A stretch of 64,000 bases of DNA from a virus (Duplodnaviria; Caudoviricetes), in the IMG/VR virus record IMGVR_UViG_3300028591_000108, positions 64,001 to 128,000 of that record, one strand, 5' to 3'. The notes beneath the pieces were generated by a model, which was not told the DNA's origin, ran no database searches, and saw only the letters and a program-made list of their open reading frames with translations. The stretch's first letter is position 1. Each line of letters starts with the position of its first letter. The position numbers were made by a program, and so were the translations under genes. Shown piece by piece: positions 36,110 through 45,342 of the stretch.

Positions 36110-38055
36110 TGGATATATTAGACGTAATGCTCGCAAGAGCAATGACACCACAAGGAAAAACCGAAGCTTACGTAGCTAAAGCTAATGCAGCCGCTGCGAA
36201 GGCAGAACAAGCAAGACAAGATGCAGACACAGCAATCGCTTCCGTTACCGCCGCGGCGGATACTATCACGCAAAAGCAAGCAGAGGCCGAAACTTTGCTA
36301 GCAACTGCGCAAGAAGCTTTAGAGACAGTACAAGAAGCACAAGCTAATACAATCACAACAGAAGACATAGATGATGAGATTTCTAAGTTAGCTTTCGAAC
36401 TAACTCAAACCTCATCTAATACTTATAATGGTCGTGGCTATAAAGTTCTATATCCAGACAATGCTACAACCTTTACTATGCCCGAAGTGGTTAAATTATA
36501 CAAATCTACGGGCAATAACGAAGATGGCAGTATGACGCAAAAAGCTATTACAGCCGCACTCGCGCAGAAAGCCGACACATCCACAACTGCAACTAAAGCT
36601 TATGTTGATAATGCAATCACACGCATCCCATCTGGCGGTGGTTCCGGCTCTGGCGGAGTCAGTAATCTTGGCGCACAGAATGCCGGTAAAATTGTTATTG
36701 TCGGCTCCGACGGTAACATCAAAGCCGGTGATGCAACACAAGAAGCAATCATTCAGGCACTAGTAAAAGCCGGGACTTACAGCGCTGATGGCACACTTGG
36801 TCTATTAATCGACTATGAAAATAAGTCCTTTGAGCGTACTCAGGATGCCGCAAGTCGTAGGGCTGGAAGTGACTTTAATGGATACACTATGTACGGCGGC
36901 CGCATGCGTTGTAATGTAGACGATGACGGCACAATTACTGCCTTCTATGGAGATACTAATTATCGTGAAGATGGTTCTAATGGTTAGGTAATGATTTATC
37001 AACCCAAATTCTACTACTCTCGCACCTTTATTAAAGATAGTGCAGGCAGTCGCGGAGTTACTATTCAAAAGGAGAATCTAATTCTAAGTGCTGATGAGCG
37101 TGCAGGCTTTGAACTTCATCCTCTCTTTAAACTTGGAAATGAAGAACTTGATTATGTACTTCTCCCCGCCTTTGAAGGTAGTGTCTATGACACTAGCGCA
37201 GACGAATATCTTCTAAACGATGAGAATGTTACTTTCTCTGAAGATAAACTCAGCTCTATTGCGGGCGCAAAAATCTTTACTGGCGTTGGAAAAAATCTAA
37301 ATCTAACCCAAATTAAAACAATGGCATCTAACCGCGGTGAAGGTTGGCAACTTACTAATTTTGAATTTGAATCTGCTAATCAGATGCTAGAGATGGTTGA
37401 ATTTGGTACTATGAATGGACAATCTGCATTAGAAAAAGGTGCGGTCAATGTTGCCCGTAATAATGCCACTAGTTGCGCTATTATTACTGGTTCCACTTCC
37501 AGTATTGGTAATGGCACCGGCGCTGCGCCTCAAACCATTATTGACCGCGACGGCACTAAAGAAACCGTTACAACCGCAGGCTTACGCGCGATTAGCTATC
37601 GTGGTATGGAAAATCCATGGGGTAGTATGTGGCGACTTATTGCTAATATTACAACTCGCGGCGGTAGCAACTCTGAAGGCGGCATAGTATATCATGATGA
37701 AACGCCATTAGGATTCCAGCTTCCCGGTGCGGCGCCGAACTGGATTTCTGCTATGGGCTATCAAAATCCAGACTATACTTGGGCTTATTTACCGATTGAG
37801 TGTGCCAATAATGCCAATAGTGCCTTCCCAGTTGGCGATGCACTTTGGACTAATAGCGCTCTAAATGGTACCAATCTATTCGGTATTGGCGGTCTTTATA
37901 GCTCTGGCGATGGAGCAGGTCTATTTAACTATAGCGCGGATGTGGCTGTGAATGCAACACTACGCTACTTCAATGGGCGTATTATGTATATTCCTACTAA
38001 AAATGCAACCTATGAAGCCAACATTAATAAATGGCGGCAACATTATGGAGGTTGA
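36109..38055 (+). CDS. Tail/receptor-binding protein (~648 aa, single TAG at 36985)
   Basis: EDGSNG-Q-VMIYQPKFYY joins two track ORFs. GFELHPLF and SYRGMENPWG motifs. Confidence 0.8.
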
Positions 38056-38061
38056 TAAAAG

Positions 38062-38307
38062 ATGAAAGATTACGGAACTATTTATGGTACGGTTGAACCA
38101 CAGCCAATTGAAATTACAGCTACTTCTGTCTTCATCGCTTCTAATGTTGAACCATATGAAGAAGAAGTTGGCGAACATACCGTTTCTGGTTATAAATATA
38201 ACTACAAAGAATATGGCAAGGATGAATATCTATTACAGTAGGCCACAAGTATCTCCTCCTTAAAGGAGGAGCTTGCCGCCGCAAAGATACTATTGGGGGT
38301 GGAGTAA
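38062..38307 (+). CDS. Small tail-associated protein (one TAG)
   Basis: RBS GGAGG. MKDYG...PQPIEIT..SVFIASN...YKEYGKDEYL. Confidence 0.65.
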
Positions 38308-38715
38308 TTGACATTACTTGAATTAGCGCGCAAGCTACGCCCTTATATAGAAAAAGCAGCTTTATCTTTATCTGATGAAGATTCACTTGAAGCAGTTCAG
38401 TTATTTCCTACTTGGAATGCTACTGCCGCATATTTACAGGGAGACAAGGTACAATACGAGAATATATTGTACAAATGTCTCTAGTCCCATGCGGCGCAAG
38501 AAGCATGGACTCCTACCGCCGCTCCAAGTTTATGGGCTAAGGTACTAATTCCAGATGCGAATGTAATTCCAGAGTGGGAGCAGCCAGATAGCACTAACCC
38601 CTATATGCGTGGCGATCGTGTTATGTTCGAAGGTAAAGTATATGAAAGTGCAATTGATAATAATATCTGGTCACCAAGTGCTTATCCAGCTGGGTGGTAG
38701 GAAGTAAATATTTGA
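38308..38715 (+). CDS. Carbohydrate-binding (CBM5/12-like) protein (2 TAG)
   Basis: TTG start. LFPTW...Y..GDKV.Y...LYKCL-Q-SHAAQEAWTP..APSLW and W.QP....PY.RGD.V...GKVYES.IDNN.WSP..YPAGW-Q. Confidence 0.8.
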
Positions 38716-38800
38716 CTTTTTTATTTGTATATGATATAATTATTATAGGATAAGGAAGAAAGATCTTTATCCTATAATAATTATTTTTAAGGAGAAAGAT

Positions 38801-39082
38801 ATGAAAAAAGCTATTACAATTACCAACGCCGAAAGCGAAAACATATCGCGTCTATTTTATAAATATAACGCTTATATGAATATGTTAGAATACCTTGCAG
38901 CACGTATTACTGATAGTACTATTTATGAAAAGAAATGGGAAGAAGCCGCAAATATTTGGATTGAACTAGATCGCGCAAAAGTCGCTGTTGAAAAGAAATA
39001 TAAGCCTGCCGGTGATTGGGACAGATACGAATTTAATTTTGATGATTCGCAGGTGGTGTTTATTAAAGATGAGAACTCATGA
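38801..39082 (+). CDS. Radical SAM maturase partner protein (CXXX-repeat modification system protein-like)
   Basis: 93-aa helical protein ending YEFNFDDSQVVF, overlapping the radical SAM start. The resemblance to the TIGR04116 partner is from memory. Confidence 0.5.
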   Translation: MKKAITITNAESENISRLFYKYNAYMNMLEYLAARITDSTIYEKKWEEAANIWIELDRAKVAVEKKYKPAGDWDRYEFNFDDSQVVFIKDENS

Positions 39083-40358
39083 TTATTCCACCGAAATTAT
39101 CGAACGTTATCGTGACGAAGACCCAAAGGCAGTATGTCGTAATATTACATTTTAGGTAACAGATGATTGTTGTTTAAAATGTTCTTATTGTTATTAGACT
39201 CATAAAGGTCATGCTATGATGACCACTGAAGTGGCTAAATCAATTGTTGATTTATTATTTAGATTGTATGATGAAAATAATGAAGATATGGTAATAAATC
39301 ATCATACTTATGGCATTGTATTAGATATGATCGGCGGCGAACCCTTCATGAACGTAGAAGTCATGGATTATATTGTAGATTATTTTATTAAAGAATGTTA
39401 TCGTCGTGATCATATTTGGCTTACTAATTTTAGAATTAGTATTAGTACTAATGGTCTACTTTATTTTGAGCCATAGGTATAGGCATTTTTAAAAAAATAT
39501 GCAAATTTAATTAGTATGAATGTCACAATTGATGGGCCAAAAGAGATACATGACCTTTGTCGAGTAGATTTTTCTAACAATGGTAGCTTTGATCGTGCTA
39601 TCGCCGCATGGGAGGACTGGTATATAATTAAACATAATAATATACCAGATACTAAAATAACAATTGCTCCTGAAAATTTACCTAAAATGGGAGAAATATT
39701 TAATTTCTTTTTATCAAAAGGATGCAAATCTATTCATGCCAACCCTATTTTTGAGCATAAATGGACCACAGAAGAAGCTAGTTTATATTATAAAATATTA
39801 ATTAAATTAGCTGACAAGCTATTGGAAGTAGACGGCGCAGAAAGCTCCTTATTCTCTGAGTTCAAAGGAAATCCACTTCCAGAATCAGACACTAATAACT
39901 ATTGTGGCGGTACTTCTGCAATGCTAGCTTTTGACCCACAAGGATTGGCATATCCATGTTTACGTTATATGGCTAGTTCATTAGATACTAATCGAAAGCC
40001 TTTAATTATTGGCAATACAGATGGTATTTATAATACTCCAGAATATCGTGCAATATATGATGATATGCAAACAGTTACACGCCAATCGCAATCAACGCAA
40101 GAGTGTTTAGAATGTCCAGTGGCTTCAGGCTGCTAGTGGTGTAGTGCTGAAAATTATAATGAATTTGGTACCTATAATAAGCGTAGTACTAACATATGCT
40201 GGATGCACCGTGCTGAAGCACTCGCGGGTGTATACTACTGGAACAACTATTATAGGAAACATAATTTACCATAGCGTAAAAAATTACATTTACCGGTAGG
40301 TCTGGCAATGCAAATAATTACATTAAAAGAATATAATAAGTTATTATTATTAACTTAA
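39069..40358 (+). CDS. Radical SAM/SPASM peptide maturase (CXXX-repeat target family-like, 6 TAG)
   Basis: ITF-Q-VTDDCCLKCSYCY-Q (CxxxCxxC), GGEP, STNG, TIDG. SPASM cysteines YCGG, YPC, CLECPVASGC-Q-WC...IC. Confidence 0.85.
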
Positions 40359-40459
40359 ATATTTGACTTTTTTCAATTTTTATGTTATAATAAATAAAAG
40401 ATTAGGAAAGGAACTAATCTTTTAAAATATTTTTTCATTACATGAGGAGGTAATGAGAT

Positions 40460-40801
40460 ATGATTAAAATTTATTCTGACAAAACTGGTAGTTTTTATAA
40501 CACAGTAGAGGAAGCCAATCGCGCTGAATTTGAACTAAAGGAAAAGGAAAATTTAGCAAAGATTGAAAAGGAGCGTAAAGAACGTGAGTTAAAAGAAAAG
40601 AAGGAAAAGGAAGTCGCCGAACGTAAAGTTGCTGCAGAAAAGGTTGAAACTGCGCGCAAAGAAATGACCAAAGCCCAGCATGAATATAGTAAAGCACTTC
40701 GTGAGTTTATCAATAAATATGGAACATATCATTTTTCTAGCTCGGATCCAGCAGATATTCCTACTTTGTTCGATATTTTTGATAAGTTCTTGACTATCTA
40801 A
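40460..40801 (+). CDS. Lys/Glu-rich coiled-coil hypothetical protein
   Basis: Promoter 40363, RBS GGAGG, TAG-free. Confidence 0.7.
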   Translation: MIKIYSDKTGSFYNTVEEANRAEFELKEKENLAKIEKERKERELKEKKEKEVAERKVAAEKVETARKEMTKAQHEYSKALREFINKYGTYHFSSSDPADIPTLFDIFDKFLTI

Positions 40802-41466
40802 TGGCTACTTATACAGTTTATATTGGTAGAGATGGTTATTTTTGGCGATATATTTAGTCAGTATGTACTTCTTTTGCCACTGTAAATCGTGGCGCAAATA
40901 CTTATAGTTCTGATGTCGCTACAAAACCCAAGACTTCATCTGAAGTATTAAAACTTGCTGCTGGTGAATTTCCTATTTCTATTAGTTTTAGCGGTAAATG
41001 GAGAACTTAGTAGAATGCAGCAGTTAGACTATGGTTTGCGGATGCAAATGATTATTCAAATAATCGATATGATTTAGGCACTTTACGGGAAGATACTGCT
41101 ACGAGTGGCAATATGTCACGATTTAACTTAACTAAAGATATGACTAAACTTAATGGTAAAACTTTAGCTTTGTATAAAGATACTAGTATTACTTCTGGTG
41201 AAGGATGGGGTTTTATCCTAGGTACCACATCTACTCCTATGGTTACAGTAACTATTAAAACTGTGACAAAACCTACTGTATCCGCAGGCTCGATAATTAC
41301 TAAAACTTAGATGGACACGCTAAAAGACTATTAGACACACCGTGGAAAAAGCCCAACTGCAGTTACATAGTATGATACCGCTAAAGCTAGTGTAGCTAAT
41401 ACATATGGAAAAAGTACTGTCACAGCAGGTAGTACTATAATTGATGATTCTTGGTATAATGGCTAA
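40801..41466 (+). CDS. Thr/Ser-rich putative virion protein (TAG-recoded)
   Basis: ATG overlaps the upstream TAA. In frame with track ORF 41113, 6 TAG including a tandem TAG-TAG. Last recoded gene before the tRNA cluster. Confidence 0.65.
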
Positions 41467-41502
41467 TATGGCTTAGGACTGAGCCATAATCAGTCCTTTC
41501 GA

Positions 41503-41588
41503 TGCCCGTAGGTGTGCGGCTGCACGGGCGGTCTCTAAAACCGCGGCCTCTGAAGCGAACGGACTGGGTTCGACTCCCAGGCGGGCAG
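41503..41588 (+). tRNA. Amber suppressor tRNA, anticodon CTA (predicted Gln-inserting)
   Basis: Acceptor TGCCCGT/GCGGGCA + G73, D stem GTGT/GCAC, anticodon arm GCGGT-CTCTAAA-ACCGC, 19-nt variable region, T arm CTGGG-TTCGACT-CCCAG. Confidence 0.85.
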
Positions 41589-41597
41589 TTAAACTAT

Positions 41598-41658
41598 CGA
41601 CACATACAGCAAATATATTTCCAGCATTTTAGATAATTGGAGATTATCAGTGTGTCGA
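41598..41658 (+). ncRNA. CAGCAA-stem small RNA, copy 1
   Basis: CGACACAT-ACAGCAA...GTGTGTCG closing stem. Confidence 0.55.
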
Positions 41659-41664
41659 GTATTT

Positions 41665-41735
41665 GCACCATTGGTGTAAAGGTAACACAGGTGCCTTCCA
41701 AGCATCTGATGCCCGTCCGATTCGGGTATGGTGCT
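41665..41735 (+). tRNA. trnG: tRNA-Gly(TCC)
   Basis: GCACCAT/ATGGTGC, GGTGC-CTTCCAA-GCATC. Confidence 0.85.
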
Positions 41736-42217
41736 CTTAGGTTCTTCTCTAGCCTATCGCGACAATAGAGAAGCGGTATGAAAGCGCCGTATAAGTACTT
41801 CAGGCACTGATACTATGTCTTAGCTTGCCTAGGAAAGTAAAGTATCCGACGAGTTATAACGTTCGTAAAAGGTGATATAACCGTACTAATGCTACGGATG
41901 TGCATTCACCAATCCTTGAGGTGCGAAGAGAGGCGTAAGGCGACACGACACATCGCCCGATGGCAGAGGAATAGCGAGCCTCGGCGCCATAATTTTCCGT
42001 ATCTTTGAGTGCTAGCGCCACTAGCTAATCGAATTTACGGAATTTTTTATTTGACTTTATCCCAAATTTCATGTATAATATATATGTAAGGAGGGTGAGA
42101 GAAGCTATGTTAGACGATTTTATTATGAATTTTTCTTATGATGAATTGGAAGATGAGTATTTGACTAGAGAAGAAATTTATGTTATAATTAATGAAGAAA
42201 GGGAAGGAGAATGAAGG

Positions 42218-42400
42218 ATGGAAAGAATTAGTTTCTGGTATGAGTTTGAAGACAAAGACGGCAAGGTTTCAAATAATGACATTCAGGTTAGTGTAGAGAA
42301 TGAGAATCGTATTCCGCGCGGTGAGGTATGCGAAGTTTTTACAAGATTTCTTGCATCCATAGGTTTTTCTACAGAAGGACTCTCTAAACTCTTTGATTAA
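42218..42400 (+). CDS. Hypothetical protein
   Basis: Promoter 42161 and RBS AAGGAG. Confidence 0.55.
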   Translation: MERISFWYEFEDKDGKVSNNDIQVSVENENRIPRGEVCEVFTRFLASIGFSTEGLSKLFD

Positions 42401-42565
42401 TTAATATTTGACTTCCAATAAAAATTATTGTATAATAATTATGTTGAATGAGGGAAGATGACAGTTTGGACTGGGAATGGGGAGCAAGTGCCAAGAGTTC
42501 CGCTAGAGATACCTCAATAAAAACGTTTAAGTGCAGAAATAAAATCCTAATAACTTGCATTATAA

Positions 42566-42638
42566 CCGCCACAAGCTCAATTGGTTGAGCACCCGGCTTA
42601 TATCCGGTTGGTTCAGGGTTCGAGCCCCTGGTGGCGGA
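42566..42638 (+). tRNA. trnI: tRNA-Ile(TAT)
   Basis: CCGCCAC/GTGGCGG, CCCGG-CTTATAT-CCGGT, canonical T arm. Confidence 0.8.
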
Positions 42639-43282
42639 CGCGGGCGGAGCACCTAGCCGGTGAAAGTATCAAAGGGTGCAAGGCGCAGTCAATCGTTAGT
42701 CGGCGCTCAAGTATAAGCAGGTAACGACGCGAAGAGGGAGGCGGTATTCCTAGACTCTCCACCCTGAGCAGTGTAAACGCTCAATAAAGGAATATTCGGC
42801 TAGGACGCGGATTGGGGTTTACGGTGATCCAACTGCGCGTAAACAAAAGGACAACCTACATGTACATGGCATCGGCGGATGTAAAACGAGACTCAGTGAC
42901 ACTGAGGATAATTACACGTAAGCCAAGCAGAGACTTGGTATGCCCGAAAACCGTAGGGAGGAGTGGATCTCCTCGCTGGCCGCAAGCTAGAATAGATGGT
43001 TCGATTCCATCTGCGGCGTACCCAAATTAGGTTGGGAGTAGGGCAAATTATATTAGATAAGATGGTTTTCTAAGAGTGTTAAATAACTGGCACTGGTATT
43101 AAGCAGTTGTGACTGTATCTCAGGGTCGTTCTGAGAAGAGGGACAGCCTATACATAGAGAACTGGTTCGAGTCCAGCGGGTCGCCAATATCGGTGACTAG
43201 GCAGAGGGTGCGCTTATGGATAAGGTTTTTGAAGCAAAAATTACCTCGGTTAGTTTGATAGCTACAAACTAACTTTTTATAT

Positions 43283-43355
43283 CGCACGGTCGTCTAAAGG
43301 CTTAGGACGGTTGGCTCATACCCAACAAATACAAGTTCGATTCTTGTCTGTGCCA
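43283..43355 (+). tRNA. trnM: tRNA-Met(CAT), initiator-like (C1:C72 mismatch)
   Basis: GTTGG-CTCATAC-CCAAC, unpaired first base pair. Confidence 0.8.
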
Positions 43356-43437
43356 CTTTGGTAAGGGAATCCCACCTGAGCCAACATAAGAGTGTTCGTA
43401 AGCCGTAAGCGAGGGCCGTAATACTCGCTTGCTACTT

Positions 43438-43509
43438 GGCCTTATCGTATAGAGGTTATTACATCCGGCTGTCTACCGGAAAACCAGAGTTCGATTCTCT
43501 GTAAGGTCG
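43438..43509 (+). tRNA. trnD: tRNA-Asp(GTC)
   Basis: GGCCTTA/TAAGGTC, TCCGG-CTGTCTA-CCGGA. Confidence 0.85.
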
Positions 43510-43512
43510 CTT

Positions 43513-43628
43513 TAGACGTATCAGCAATATTCTTCGCTTTGGGAGCCCGTCAAGTGTTGGTTCGATTCCAACCCTCCCAACTGATGGGAGGTCGCTCAAT
43601 TGGTAGAAGCGCGGTTATAGTACGTCTA
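43513..43628 (+). ncRNA. CAGCAA-stem RNA copy 2 with circularly permuted tRNA module (YrlA/Y-RNA-like)
   Basis: TAGACGTA/TACGTCTA stem encloses a T arm (GTTGG-TTCGATT-CCAAC), a closed acceptor hairpin CCTCCCA-ACTGA-TGGGAGG, then a D arm (GCTCAATTGGTAGAAGC). Confidence 0.7.
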
Positions 43629-43633
43629 GTTTT

Positions 43634-43707
43634 GGCCCGGTAGCTCAGTCCAGTAGAGCGTCTGACCGTTAATCAGAAAGTCCCAGGAGCAAAGCCTGGT
43701 CGGGCCG
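43634..43707 (+). tRNA. trnN: tRNA-Asn(GTT), atypical C33 and T loop
   Basis: GGCCCGG/TCGGGCC, TCTGA-CCGTTAA-TCAGA, T loop AGCAAAG. Confidence 0.75.
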
Positions 43708-43981
43708 CGCTACTTCAACATTCCTTTCACCTCTGTAGCATTTGGTGGAAAAATGTTAGTGCTTGGGCACCGCACTATAAAACGTGCCCACTAATATGCC
43801 AGCAATAGAAACTCTGGTCCAGTTCCACACCTTGTTGGCAGCGTAAAAAGCAATAATAGGAGCTTCTCACAAGGAGTTTGGTACTATTACTCCACGGATA
43901 CAGACCCGTGGCGGAAGGCATGACCTGAAATGAAAGGTGGCGCCCTAGCAGATGGCAAGTTCGCAATAATCTGCTATTTAT

Positions 43982-44058
43982 GCCCGATTGGTGTAATAGG
44001 TTAGCACAGCACCCTTTCAAGGTGCAGACGTGGAGTTCAAATCTCCCATTGGGTACCA
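43982..44058 (+). tRNA. trnE: tRNA-Glu(TTC)
   Basis: GCACC-CTTTCAA-GGTGC, encoded CCA. Confidence 0.8.
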
Positions 44059-44290
44059 TTCAACCACATAAAGCCTGAATTGACAGGATATGACTGGCCA
44101 GTTGAGGTCTGGCGGCAGACTGATGCGGACTTGTTGAAACATTGGTTTGTGTCTCGTGAGCGACGACAGCCGTGGTGAGGCAGCTATGCCAAAAGAGTGA
44201 TACTAAAATAGCATGTATACGGAATAGACAGACCGACCTGCTATAGCAGGAGGCACGAGGTATCCACCATATAGGCGAGGGCCTCGGTAA

Positions 44291-44351
44291 TAGGCACACG
44301 CAGCAAACCTATAAGGAACAACTTTCTATTAAAAAGTTTTAAATGTGCCTA
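44291..44351 (+). ncRNA. CAGCAA-stem small RNA, copy 3
   Basis: TAGGCACA-CGCAGCAA...TGTGCCTA. Confidence 0.55.
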
Positions 44352-44764
44352 GTATCTCGGTAGAAATGCCATTGCGAAGATAGCTGCCAGCAGCATCTAA
44401 CGTTCTACCATATGAAATGGCATCTTGCGCTTTCGACGCACAGTGGCAGTAGCAAGTAAAAAATAGACCACCTGGCCGTGCAATAGAGCAGTAAAGTGTA
44501 CGTTAAAAAATCGGATTCTGCTATCCTACGCTAAAGCGTAATCCGCTTGCCGTAGATAAGGCTTCTCTTGGCCGCGAGGATGTTCCTCGAAATCAAGACA
44601 TTTGGTCCCCGAGACAGTAAAACAGGCATTTCTAGAGTGCAAAGATAGTTCGTTACGGGGTTACATACTATCACAAATACGGGAGTGACGAGAAGTTACC
44701 TCACTTAATACTCTACTTGACCATAGACGTATGGCGAACAAATCCTGTATTTTCTTATCTTTAT

Positions 44765-44848
44765 CCGGGTGTAGCCGAACGGCCCAGGCAACAGACTTAA
44801 AATCTGTCGGAGCAAAGCTCCTTGTGGGTTCGAATCCCACCACCCGGA
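44765..44848 (+). tRNA. trnL: tRNA-Leu(TAA)
   Basis: CCGGGTG/CACCCGG, ACAGA-CTTAAAA-TCTGT, long variable arm. Confidence 0.9.
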
Positions 44849-44949
44849 CTTTCCATTAGGTGGAGCTTGGAACCTACCGCCTTTTGGCTGTGATGTATGG
44901 GACGCCATAATTGGCGCCCTTATTTTTAAACAACAAGGAGGAATGTACT

Positions 44950-45327
44950 ATGAAGAAACTTATCGCACTATTACTAACTCTTATGCTCTGTTTTCCTGTA
45001 TTCGCCTATGCTGATGGCGAAGACGACGTTGTTTCAGATACTCACACAGAACACGTTGAAGTTTATACTCCTGTCGAACGTGGCAATTATTCTGTTTCTA
45101 TTAGTTCTTCCCTTGATGGGCAGTCTAAGGTAAAAACAGGAACAAAAGTCACTCTAACTGCTCACCTATCTGGTTTCCGTGATGGAGTAGATACTTGGGA
45201 AATTACTTGGCAGGAGAATGATGGTTCAGGTTGGTCCGATGTTGGCTCCGGTAGCACCTATGACTTTAACATTGACGAAGATAATGTAAATCATAAATGG
45301 CGCGTCGTAGTCCATGTAAAATGGTAA
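44950..45327 (+). CDS. Secreted Ig-like small protein
   Basis: RBS AAGGAGG. Signal peptide MKKLIALLLTLMLCFPVFAYA, then G.KVTLTA...WQ.NDGSGW. Confidence 0.75.
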   Translation: MKKLIALLLTLMLCFPVFAYADGEDDVVSDTHTEHVEVYTPVERGNYSVSISSSLDGQSKVKTGTKVTLTAHLSGFRDGVDTWEITWQENDGSGWSDVGSGSTYDFNIDEDNVNHKWRVVVHVKW

Positions 45328-45342
45328 TTAAGGTGAAGGAAT

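Noticed and set aside
878-41466. Mass pseudogenisation suggested by fragmented ORFs
   Set aside because: Fragments stay in one frame, and the breaks I checked are TAG at Gln-compatible sites. This is recoding, not decay.
41503-41588. Pyrrolysine tRNA
   Set aside because: The long variable region and standard T loop do not fit tRNA-Pyl, no pyl genes were seen, and TAG sites align with Gln.
43797-43840. Seventh CAGCAA element
   Set aside because: Here CAGCAA is inside the paired stem (TGCCAGCAA/TTGTTGGCA) rather than unpaired after it.
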